A stretch of DNA of 64,000 nucleotides from Camelus dromedarius (taxonomy: Eukaryota): NCBI RefSeq assembly GCF_036321535.1, contig NC_087447.1:43526001-43590000 (forward strand). Reading direction: 5' to 3'. The notes under the pieces are model-generated. The model was not told the DNA's origin and did no database searches. It saw nothing but the letters and a program-made list of their open reading frames with translations. Position 1 is the first letter of the stretch. Each line of letters begins with the position of its first letter. Of the stretch, positions 11,688 through 22,597 are shown in pieces. The position numbers and the translations under genes are program-made.

Positions 11688-11905
11688 CTTACCTCCTGGA
11701 ATAAGAACTCATTCATCTGTAACAAATCTTGATGATTGTGGTCATAAAGCTATCTTTAATTTTTGTTTGCCTTTGGGGATAAATCTCTGAAGATTCTAGA
11801 GATTCGAATGTGAATTCAAAAGCAATGTGGGACATCATTATGTTCTATAGTGGATATTGAGCAGCTCAGTTCACACACAGAAACAACTAATCTTTTAAGA
11901 GTCTG
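11688..11905 (-). promoter_or_regulatory. Putative non-coding first exon/promoter of the 9098-10039 OR (paralog 24075-24310)
   Basis: Block conserved in both duplication units, ending in an AG|GTAAG donor (cttacct at 11688-11694 and 24075-24081); conserved gcctttggggataaatctct O/E-like site. Confidence 0.5.
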
Positions 11906-11908
11906 TCA

Positions 11909-12244
11909 GATCTCCTGGGAGTTTGAAATTTGTAGATACTGACAGGCATATGTAGAATAGATAAACAAGATTATACTGTATAGCACAGGGAAATATATAC
12001 AAGATCTTGTGGTACCTCACAGTGAAAAAGAATGCAACAATGAATATATGTATCCTCATGTATAATTGAAAATTTGTGCTCTACACTGGAAATTGACACA
12101 ACATTGTAAACTGACTATAACTCAATTAAAAAAACTATTTAAAAAATGAAAGCTAAGTTGAAGATAGCAAGAAAGAAAAGTTAAAGCAGACATGTCGAGT
12201 TCAAAATAAACATTTTCCTTTTAACTTTAAAAAAAAGTCTGTCA
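11909..12244 (+). mobile_element. Young lineage-specific L1 3' end with 3' transduction
   Basis: TSD core gtctgtca at 11901-11908 and 12237-12244; TT/AAGA endonuclease site; extra ~80 nt with AATAAA (12205-12210) and A8 tail; site is empty in the paralog at ~24295-24310. Confidence 0.8.
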
Positions 12245-12657
12245 ATTCTCAAGTGGTCAGTTTATTCTTTTGCTTCTGACTAGGTGTTTATACTTATGTC
12301 TATAGCCTTCATTTAATAATTATCAAAAACTATAATATAATAAATTATCTTAGACATAAATATTGGTTCCAAGTTTTCTTTGATATTTCTGATTAAGAAA
12401 TAGTACTAAATATCAGATACAAAAAAATAACCTTAGATTTATCCATTCGATATGTGTTTATGGATAAGTATTTTATATTGGTATTTGTAAGGCATACCAG
12501 TAATTACTTTGGGCAAATAGGTGGTGGAGATTGATGTGAAGTTGAATTTTAAATAAAAAATTTTAGACAGGTACATTAATTATCATATCAAAAGTAAGAA
12601 AGTAAAAGCCTTGAAAGTCATATAGAGAACTACAAAGTAAAAACAGGTTTGGATGAC

Positions 12658-13525
12658 CCCTGGGCCATGCAGCCAGAACCCAGGACCTGCCTGCCAGTGG
12701 TCTGAAGCATCCCACATTCTCCTGGACCCGAATTTCTCCCACCAGTGATTCAGCACTAGCCTTGTGGCCCCCTTATGTTTCTGTGGCCAGCTGCCTCATG
12801 ACCTGGCCCCACCAACCAGCAGCCAGCAGCTCCTGCACAAGGCAGGGCCTGGCAGCCAACCAGGCTGAGGGCCAGTGAAGCCTACCAGACTGCCCAGAAT
12901 AGTCAGCCTACCACAACAGGACCCAGGCAACCTGTACAGATGCCACTCCTAGAGCATATAACTCTGGTGACAAGAAGGGAGTGTGCTGCAGGATTACATA
13001 GGACATCTTATACAAAAGGCCACTTTTTCAAGGTCAGGAAATGTAACCAACCTACCAAACACATAGAAATAAAAACATAGGCAAAATGAGATGACAGAGG
13101 AACACATTTCAAATGAAGGAAAAAGATAAAACCCCAGAAGAAGAACTAAGCTAAATGAAGGTAGGCAATCTGTAATGATTGTAAAGATGATCAAAGAACT
13201 CAGAAAATGAATGGATGCACAGAATGAGAAGTTAAAAGTTTTTAACAAAGAGTTAGAAAACATAAAGACAACCAAACAGAGATGAAGACTACAATAGCTG
13301 AGATGAAAAATACACTGGAAGGAATCAATAGTAAATGAAATGATACAGAGGAACAGGTCAGTGAACTAGAAGACAGAGTAGTGGAAATCACAGCTGCTGA
13401 ACAGAAAGAAGGAAAAAGAATGAAAAGAAATGAGGAAAGTTGAGGAGTCCTCTGGGGCAACATTGAGTGCACTAATATTCATATTATAGGGGTCCCAGAG
13501 AGAAAAAAGAACGGTGCTGAGAGAT
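12658..13525 (+). mobile_element. L1 5'UTR/ORF1 fragment
   Basis: GC-richer UTR followed by ORF1-like gatgaaaaatacactggaaggaatcaatag...tcatattataggggtcccagag. Confidence 0.75.
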
Positions 13526-15124
13526 AAAATAACCCTGAGGGAATCATCTACATCCCAAGATTTTTTTTTTAACACATTGATTTTCCAACATTTAAATTGT
13601 TATTCAGAATTATAAGTGCAAACATCATAGAAAATTCTTTATCATATTAGAATTTTAAAATATTTTTGACGCCATCACGTTGGGTGATAGATTGACAGGG
13701 CACGAGACTCCTGATATCTAAAGCAATAGTCTCAAAATAATGGTTTCCGTGGGCCAGAGGACCCTCATTAAAATCTTTATGGTATTGAGCTCCATCCTTA
13801 AGGAGTGAAGAACACACAACCTTTTATGTTAGGAAGACTAGTGTCAGAGGGGACTCATTACAAGCATTCAAGAGAAAAAATTACTGTAAAACTTATCCCT
13901 GTATTATGAAATGCATGAAATCACAGGAAGTATTGCAGAAAGCTAAATCTAGTCTTATGATTCCAAGTTCTTCCTTCAGCTTAATACCTTATGAATTTAA
14001 GAGAATAGAAAGTGATTTTCCTTCTTTAGAAAGTGAGAATTATCCTCTTTACAATTAATATTATCTTATGTCTTCTAATAATCTAGTACCTGTAGATGTT
14101 AATAGCCTGTTGGAAAATATTAATGAAAATATGGACACAGATAATCTAGGAATTAAGAATGTTGTCAATTCTCTACTCCTGGTACAGCTGGCACACAGAA
14201 AATAGTACTGGGGAAGCTTTGAAAAACTGCAAACAGAGAAGAGGATGCCAAACTCAAGGCAAAGGCCATGATAGTAAAGAAAATAAGGCTTGTGGAAAAC
14301 AAACAGAAAGGCTGGGAAAAAAAATATTATAGATATATTGCTCTCCAGTACCTGCCACTGTGATTGGGAAAAATAAAAATGTCCTATTGACATATTCTTC
14401 CATTAGTACCATGCTAGAATAGTATTAAAATCCCCAGAATTCACCGTCAAAATATAAGAAAAGTATCAAAGGTTCTCTTCGAAAATTAATGAGAAAGATT
14501 ATGCAGAGTACATATACCCTCATATCCTGGAGATTTGTCTTCTTGGAGAAGCCTGCCAAGAACCTGTAGATATGGGTAAAGATGTACTTTTTTTTAAACT
14601 GTCTATTTTATTTTATTTATTTGCTTATTTATTTATTAACTGTTTCTTTGTTTTGCCGTAGGATGTTCATACTTGCTCTTCCAACACAGCTTAAAGTCAA
14701 TTTTCTATTGATCTTTTAGGTTTCATACTTGCTGGGAAACCTTTACATCCGCCCTCAATATCAGCAGTCAAGATCAGGAGCACCATGAAAAACACCCTGT
14801 AAGTTGCCATGTTAATAGGGTGCTATTCAGAGCGATTTCTTTGTTTTTTTTTAATTGCATATATGTGTTTCTTTATTTGACAAGTGATATAAAATATTTT
14901 GATGAGCATTTTCAAATTGCTTTGCTTATTTTCTCCCATAATTCCTTTTGTAGTACAAGGAAGTTTTCTTTTTTTAAACCTGGACAGCATCTTAATTGAC
15001 AAATGATAGGGACTGAGTTTCATACTTGCAATCCTAGTAGAGTTGAAATTGAATACCTATATGCAGATCATCCATGGCAGATTTTAGTTGTGACTTGTCC
15101 TTCTCTTTGCTATTCTTTCTTTTT

Positions 15125-15480
15125 TTTTTTTTTTCTTGGTATATATATTTTTTATTGAAGTATAGTCAGTTTACAACATTGTGTCAGTTTCTGGTGTACA
15201 GCATAATACTTGTCATATATATATATATCTGTTTTCATATTCTTTTTCACTATAAGTTATTATGAGATATTGAATATAGTTTTCTCTGCTATACCATATG
15301 AACTTGTTGTTTATCTATTTTATACGCATTAGTTAGTATCTACAAATCTCAAACTCCCAATTTAACCCTTCCCACTCCCTTCCCCATCTGGTAGCCATAA
15401 GTTTGTTTTCTATGTCTGTGAGTCTCTGTTTTATAAACAAGTTTTTTTTGTGGTTTTTTTTTCTTAGATTCCACTTATAA
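15125..15480 (-). mobile_element. L1 3' end, antisense
   Basis: poly-T then ttattgaagtatagtcagtttacaacattgtgtcagtttctggtgtacagc. Confidence 0.8.
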
Positions 15481-15837
15481 TAGGTGTTTAAGTAAAATTA
15501 ATTTTGAATACACTAAAGAAATGGATTATGGAAATACCCCAAATAATAATCATGAGAGACTTTCTGGAAAAGATGGAATTCCATTTTTACCTACAGTCGC
15601 TGAAATAGCCTTACTCAAAAGCCTACATTTACTAAACTGAGGCTGAAAGATGGGGGCTACAGAATTTTAAAACTGGTCCCTGCCTGTCTAGTACCGGAGT
15701 CAAGCTTTAAAAAAAGAAGAAGAAAAGAAGAAAGAGAGGAGAACCTCATCTCAATAAAACGAGATGTGAATCTAGGAGAAAACGCTAACAGAGCCAGGGA
15801 GTTTAAGTAGACTTCTGTGGGGAAGCAGTTGAAAGGA

Positions 15838-16000
15838 TCTTCCCTTCCCTTCCCTTCCCTTCCCTTCCCTTCCCTTCCCTTCCCTTCCCTTCCCTTCCCT
15901 TCCCTTCCCTCCCCTCCCCTCCCATCCCCTCCCCTCTCCTCCCCTTCCTTTCCCTTCCCTTTTCTTTTTTTCTTTTTTTCTTTTTTTCTTTTTTTCTTTC
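15838..16000. repeat. (TTCCC)n polypyrimidine microsatellite grading into T-rich repeats
   Basis: Direct reading. Confidence 0.95.
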
Positions 16001-16188
16001 TAGGGTTAGGGTTAAAATTAGGGTTAGTGGGGAAGTGATATTTTAAGGGATGCCAGGCCTTTAGCAGACAAAAAAGGGCAGAAAGGGCATTGCAGATTAG
16101 AGGAAATAAACTTGTGCAAAGTGGAAACCACAAGAGACACACATTGTTTGAAACAGGAGAATGTTCCCCATATAGGGGAGGTCGGTGG

Positions 16189-16812
16189 TGTTACTGAACC
16201 AAACTTGGGTCCCCAGCCCAAGTGCAGTAAAGACAATCTAGTGACACTGGATTGTGGTGAAGAAAAGTAAGTGTTTATTGCAAGGCATCCAACATGGGGC
16301 CAAGCAAGGAGAATGGGCAGCTCATGCTCAAAAGACTTGAACTCTCTGATGGCTTTTAGGGAAGGCTTTTTAAAGGCAAGGTGAGAGAGAAGGTCACAGT
16401 GTGCATGATCACCTCATGGACATCCTTCTGATTGGTTGATAGTGAAGTAACAGGATGGTATTTCATTAACCTTCTGGTTCCAACCTATCTGGGGGTCTAC
16501 ATACTTGTGCTCAGCATATAGTTAATTTCTTCCATCTGGTGGGGTTTTAGTATCTGCAAATGAACTAAGGATATAGCTCAGAATATTATCTGTAGCCTTT
16601 GAGGAGGAACTGAAGTTTCTTGACTTTGTTTTATGGCTAAGCTATTATTTTATCTTGCTTGACTCTTTTCTCTTGTTTCTGCATTTTCTCACTTCTCTAA
16701 TTAAATGTGCTCTTTGAAACTCAAGGAAGGCTTAGGAGGCTAAAGCTTTGCTACAAGCAAGAGGCAGGGGACATGTTCCTGGTAAGGCCCTCCAGGGTCC
16801 TGCTCAGTTTCA
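16189..16812 (-). mobile_element. Solo ERV1-type LTR
   Basis: TG...CA ends (tgttactgaacc ... gctcagtttca); antisense AATAAA (gtttattg) and CCAAT (ctgattgg). Confidence 0.7.
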
Positions 16813-16879
16813 GTAACAGGAAATGAGGCTAAAGTTAAGATCTTGAATGCCATGCTAGAATACTTGCACTAAGGGAAGT

Positions 16880-17110
16880 CTTAATACCAACTAGTCAAGC
16901 AAATAGTCTCTGGAATCTCACTGCCTTGCTGTGACTATACTGTGTATGTACACTTACCAGCTATACATCACCTTTAGCAAATTAAGTAACTCTCTAAGCT
17001 ATAGTTTCCTCACTTCAAACATGGTCATGATAATAGCACTTATACTTATGACACTCTTATGATGGCTATGAGAAATTTGAGATGTATTACTGAAGCATAC
17101 AATGATGTTT
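16880..17110 (+). mobile_element. MIR fragment
   Basis: aaattaagtaactctctaagctatagtttcctcacttc core. Confidence 0.45.
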
Positions 17111-17739
17111 AGAAGTATTAAAATTCCCTGCTTTGTAAGCAAAGGTTATCTAAAACATGACAAAAATGAAAAGATGTAGCATGATCATAGATTTGATATA
17201 GAAAATATGGTAGGAGGTGAAGGATAGACCTGGAAGAGGGAAAAAATAGATGTAGCAAAAATCCACATGAGAGATAGATTAGAATGCAGGAGATATTTTT
17301 TTAGTTAGGATCCTGGAATCTAGGAAATGTGAACAAGAGAGGATGATAAATCAGAGTAATTCAAGCTAGGGCCTAAAAGTGAATAAGAGTCTGATAGAAG
17401 TAGAATGGAGGAAGGGAAACTGATGCAGAGGGAACACCACCTGCAAAGGTACAGTAGCATGAAGGACTGTGAAGTGTTGGGAAACTAGAAAGCACTGTTG
17501 TCTGCTTTGAGTGTAGGGTAGGCAGAGGGATGTGGTGGAAACTGAGCCAGGAGCAGTGTCTAGGGATCTGTTTGTGATCAACATCACATATCAGGTGGGG
17601 GTACTTGAATTTCCTCCCGTAGCTAGTGTGTGGCTAGTCACCATTTTTGACACTATCAGTGACTTAATATTTTCTGTATTCAGAAATCTAAAATCTGGTA
17701 TGACAGTGGTTTTGGTGGTATCATAGACATTTAGGATAT

Positions 17740-18690
17740 TATATTATGAGACTGATCGGATTCAATCATTGTTTAGAGGGAGGACCCTGTTGAGGTGTCA
17801 CTGCAACCACCGTGTGAGTGGTATGTCCAGCGTCCTGCCGAGCCCTCCTGACACAGCACTGTCATAAATGGAGCGCTGACTCCCACTGCCTCCTTGCAGA
17901 TGAGTGAGGTGGAAGTTCAGTTACTCCCTTTACCCTGTTGTCTTTTTCCCAGGGGTAGTCTGACACTGACTTGCACACCTCCTTTCCTCCAGGTAAGCCC
18001 AGCGCCTTGTTGGGCCCCGCTGCACCCAGGGAGGTTGGAAGCAGAGAGCTGGTTCACACTGCTTTGTTGTTGTAGGTGGAGGTGGAAGCTCCCACTCCGG
18101 TCCTCAGTGGGACCCCACTTACAAGTAGGATTGGAGGCGAGGGAGCAGAGTAACATTAGCCACACCTCATACTCCTTCATTAAGTCTCGTTGCTGCCAAA
18201 TGACGGTGGAGGCACATTTCCCCCTTGCGCCCCACTACAATATCCTGGCAGGAGAATTGGAGAATGGGTGGGGAGAAAACCAGTTCCCTTCTTGGCTTCA
18301 CTGAAACCTGAGGGAAGGAAGGTGGGACGATTTTTCCATTGGTGTTTTTCTGAAGTAGGGCAGGTGTTGCAAAAATTATTCTATTCTGTTAAGGCCACTC
18401 TTCTAGTCCTTTGGCGAGGAGGAACAGGCTTTTCTTAGAGCTCTTTTTGTCTGTGTCTCTGGGCAGTTCTGGGAGGCAGCACCCTGTCCAGGGAATACGG
18501 AAACAGTAACAAAACACAGGGACTCACTTCTGTCTCGTTCCTCAAGTCCCTGAGTCCTAGGAGTCTGCCTTCTTCTTTTTCCTTTTTAGAATCTTCTTAT
18601 GCTTGTTTGTTGTATTCCATCCAGGGTTATTTTTAGTAATAGAAGGCCTGAGGTGAGTGGAGCAACGTCATCTTCAACAGAACTGGAAGT
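17740..18690 (-). mobile_element. Old L1 5'UTR, antisense
   Basis: Locally GC-richer; ends gtcatcttcaacagaactggaagtc, typical of L1M 5' termini. Confidence 0.5.
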
Positions 18691-19469
18691 CTATGCCTTC
18701 AAATATTTAACAATATTTATCTACCTTCTTATTTTGTGACAGAAAGTTGGCCTAATACCAGTTTGCCTGACATATTCAGGTGTAGATGCCTGCATTCTTA
18801 CTTTGAAAAGAAAGAGTTGAGTAGAATGAAATGTGTTACCCACAAATGAAAGTCCTCTAGTGATGAAGTATTCTCAAAGAACGCCTCATTTTACAACCAT
18901 CCCGCAAAAGGAAAGTGCCTTAAAAAAAGTCAGAGTACTAAGAGGATATTTGTGGCCTTGAGCTTTTGCTTAACCTTTGTGTGCCTCAATCACATCCTCT
19001 GTAAAATACAAATATTAAAAAGAAAACTTTTATGGCTATTCCAAGGATTCATTGGGTCACTACTTGTAAATCACTGTGAACAGGACCTAGAAGCTAGTAA
19101 ACAAGCTCGTATTGTTAGCTCCTTTGCTACTATTCTTACTACTGCTCCTAGTACTCTTAACAACATTTGACTCCTACATGTTATAGCTCTCCAACCATGC
19201 AAAGACATACGGAAGACATTATTCAGCAGAGGGTGACTACAGAACTTTTACTAAGCAAGGCTGGAATTCCGGTTGCCAATATGAGTTAAAGAGTGTCAAA
19301 GCAGTGGCATGATTGTGGTGAGCAAGGGTTTGTGTAAAAGCCTGTTTTGTAAGTTGTAGAAGGATCAGACACAAACATTTAATCACTTGGATCAAGCTGA
19401 TTTTCAATAGATTAAAAAGCCATGGAGTCAGTGGTTTATGCCAGAGAAAATGCTTTATTCAGCCTTCTG

Positions 19470-19985
19470 TTCATTTTTATTTTTTATTTATTCATTTTCA
19501 AGTATGCATTTATGCTTGCTATGTTCCAGGAATTGTGTGGAAATTAGATGCATGAGGGAAGGGGAAAGACACTGAAGGTCTTCCAGCATTTTGGAGAAAA
19601 CAAATACTGAATCTGTAACTCCAAGTACCTTCGGTATTCTGAAGAAAATATGCAGGGTTCTATGGTGGAGGGTAACAGGTGTACTTAATTTGGTCTGGAA
19701 GCTCAAGAATGCTTCCAAGTGGATAGGAAATGGTGTTTAGGTTACTACCTATAGTATAAGTAGGTATTACCCAGGTGAGGGGGAAAATGCATTCAGGTAG
19801 AAGTCCTGCATGTGAGAGGGCTCTAAGTGTCAAAGAATATGGACATGCCTAAGGATTTTTTAAAAAAGGACCAAATGATTGCTTTCTAAGGTTTGGGTTT
19901 TTGAAGACCAAGGGAAGAGCAGTGAGAAATTAAAAACAGGGGCCACATTAAAGATGTTTTAAGCCATGTTAAGAATTTTTGCCTT
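19470..19985 (-). mobile_element. L2 fragment
   Basis: ttcattttcaagtatgcatttatgcttgctatgttccagg...aagccatgttaagaatttt. Confidence 0.5.
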
Positions 19986-19987
19986 TA

Positions 19988-20377
19988 ATAGATAGATAGA
20001 CAGACAGACAGACAGATAGATTTACTTTAAGGAATTAGCTCACACAGTTGTGAGAACTGTCAATTCCAAAATCAACATGCAGCCCAACACTCTGGAAATT
20101 CCAGTAAGAGTTTATGTCATAGTCTTCAGGCCAAAGTCATTCTGCAGACAGAATCCCTCTTTTTCAAGAGTCCTCAAGTTTTTTTTCTCTTAAGGCTTTC
20201 AACTCGTTGAACAAGGGACACCCACATTAAGGAGGGTAATCTGCTTTACCCCAATCTACTGATATAAAGATTAAGTATATATAAAACATAACTTCACGGC
20301 AATAGCTATACTAGTTTTTGACCAAACAACTGGTCACCATAGCCTATCCAAGTTGACACATACAATTAGCTCTCACA
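19988..20377 (-). mobile_element. MLT2-type ERVL LTR fragment preceded by a (GATA/GACA)n tract
   Basis: atttactttaaggaattagctcacac ... caagttgacacatacaattagctctcaca. Confidence 0.7.
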
Positions 20378-21478
20378 GGATTACTATTGTAAAATAAATG
20401 TATAAATTGGTTGCTGGAAATAGACCTGCTGACAATGAAAATGAAGAAAAATAGGAGAAAAATCTTGGATTCAGAATGTACAAGACTTTATGATTGAATA
20501 TAGGTGCATGGAGTGGAGAAAAGGAATAAACTACTCTCAGGTTGTGAATCAATATATTGATTGAATGATGGTGCCTCCTTTTGGAGCATTGTAGCAGAGC
20601 AAGTTGGTGGTGGAAAGATAATTTTAGACAGTTTCCACTTGAGATTCAGTAGATAAAAATATTTTTGTCGGCACACTATATAGAGGACAGGGAAAGAGAT
20701 ACAAATATGGTAGTCATCAGTATATAGAGGCAAATTAAACTTCACAGGGGAGATACAATCTAGTTCCCTCAAACTTTCTTAACAAGATGTGCATCTGACC
20801 ATGAACAAATCACTTAAAGAACTTGTTTATTCACCCCCTAGTGATTTAGAAACACTGTTTATTTCCACAGACAAGTCACTTGTTTTGACCTGACAGAAGA
20901 ATTCACAGTTGGTTTGGTCAGGGGCATCTCATCCTGTTCTTTTATGGGTCCTCTATAAATAGCTGATGCCAGAGATCAGGAACACAGCCCAGAATCTGAG
21001 TCTACAAAGCCCATAGCCAGCAGATAACCTTCCTGCAAGTAGAATGTCTCCAGGAATTTTACTATCTGGTTCTACTTGGTTATCTCCCCTCTGAATGACC
21101 TCAATCATAACTATAATTATCATGCTTATTTCAGGATAAACTGCTGTTGAAAATGGACACATCTTAAAGGTTTGGATGTACAAAACCCCTGCTCTACAGC
21201 AGAGAACAACTTTTTAAAAGGTATGAATACAATTTTGAAAGAATTTTCAGCAAATCAAGTATTTTTTCACATGAACAAATTTGTGTTTATAATGATAACT
21301 TCAATTTTGCTGTATTTAAGATAACTCACTATTGACCTCTGATTTACAATTTGATGTCAGAAAATCCACCCTCATTACAAAAAAACTCTACGTTAGCTTA
21401 TTACTTACAGAACAATATATTTAGACCACAGGCACTCAGTTTCCTTTTATTACTTATGGTATTTTATTATATTGTTTC

Positions 21479-22441
21479 CTACGAAATATCGGTCTTCACT
21501 AAGAAATTATTTTTCTGCCAAGCTCTCTTCAGAGCCCTCTTAATCTCATTGTTTCTGAGACTGTAGATAAGGGGGTTAAGCATGGGGATCACCACCATGT
21601 AGAACACAGACACCACCTTATTCTGGTCAGTTGAGAAGCTGGACTTGGGTATCATGTAAATGAATGTGATGGTCCCATAGAACAGAGTGACCGATGTGAG
21701 GTGGGACGTGCAGGTGGACATGGCTTTGTGGCGCCCCTCAATGGAGCGAATCTTCAGGATGGTGAGGAGGATATAGACGTAGGATACAACTATGACAGTC
21801 ACTGTGACCACTATGACAGAGCCAGATGAAAATGAAGGGACAACTTCAGGGACACTGATGTCAGAACAGGAGAGCTCAACCAAAGGAGCAAAATCACAGA
21901 AAAAATGATTAACTCGATTTGCTCCACAGAAGAGTAAAAAATGGAAGGAAATTGTATAGGAAGAAGCATTGAAAAAACTGCCAATATAACACACTATGAG
22001 TAACTGAACACAAACTTGTGTGGACATTTTGGTGGAATAAAGCAGTGGGTTGCAGATTGCCATGAAGCGATCATATGCCATGGCAGCCAGAATGAAGCAC
22101 TCAGCTGTCCCAAAGAAACCAGCTGAACCAAGCTGAATGGCACATCCAGGATAGGAGATGGTATTTGTCTCCACCAGGAAGTTTACAAGCATATTGGGTG
22201 AGACGGAAGATGAAGAACCCATGTCAGCAAAAGCCAAGTGGCTCAGGAAAAAATACATAGGATGGTGGAGCTGAGAAGAGATTCTAATAAGAATGATTGT
22301 GCTGAGATTGCCAGATATGGTCACCAGGTAGATACATAGGATGATCATGAAGACGATGATTCGAAGGACTGGGTCATTTGTCAAGCCCAGTAAAATGAAC
22401 TCTGTCACTGCAGTGTGGTTCCCATCTCCCAGGGAATCCAT
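21479..22441 (-). CDS. Olfactory receptor, OR5P2-like, 320 aa, with frameshifted C-terminal tail
   Basis: All OR motifs present (KAMSTC variant); close paralog of 9098-10039. Confidence 0.94.
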   Translation of the reverse strand: MDSLGDGNHTAVTEFILLGLTNDPVLRIIVFMIILCIYLVTISGNLSTIILIRISSQLHHPMYFFLSHLAFADMGSSSSVSPNMLVNFLVETNTISYPGCAIQLGSAGFFGTAECFILAAMAYDRFMAICNPLLYSTKMSTQVCVQLLIVCYIGSFFNASSYTISFHFLLFCGANRVNHFFCDFAPLVELSCSDISVPEVVPSFSSGSVIVVTVTVIVVSYVYILLTILKIRSIEGRHKAMSTCTSHLTSVTLFYGTITFIYMIPKSSFSTDQNKVVSVFYMVVIPMLNPLIYSLRNNEIKRALKRAWQKNNFLVKTDIS

Positions 22442-22513
22442 GAGATTATGCAGCTGCTACCAAAATGAACCTATGATACAACACTACATTACAGATGTTA
22501 TAAATTCAATGTT

Positions 22514-22597
22514 TCCATTTTCATTAATATATAAGGAGGTTATTATAAACAAATATCCATTTTCATTAATACATAAGGAGGTTATTATAAACAAATA
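22514..22597. repeat. 42-bp tandem duplication with one mismatch
   Basis: tccattttcattaata(t/c)ataaggaggttattataaacaaata x2. Confidence 0.95.

Larger units (their letters stand above)
8390..12657 (-). repeat. OR5P duplication unit 1 (paralogous to ~20795-24690)
   Basis: Colinear non-coding similarity from the 3' flank (acctgacaga..tcacag..gtcaggg) through to the upstream region (aaaacaggtttggatga vs aaaagaggtttgaatga). Confidence 0.85.

Noticed and set aside
15657..16142. 161-aa ORF with GREGK repeats
   Set aside because: Translation of the (TTCCC)n microsatellite
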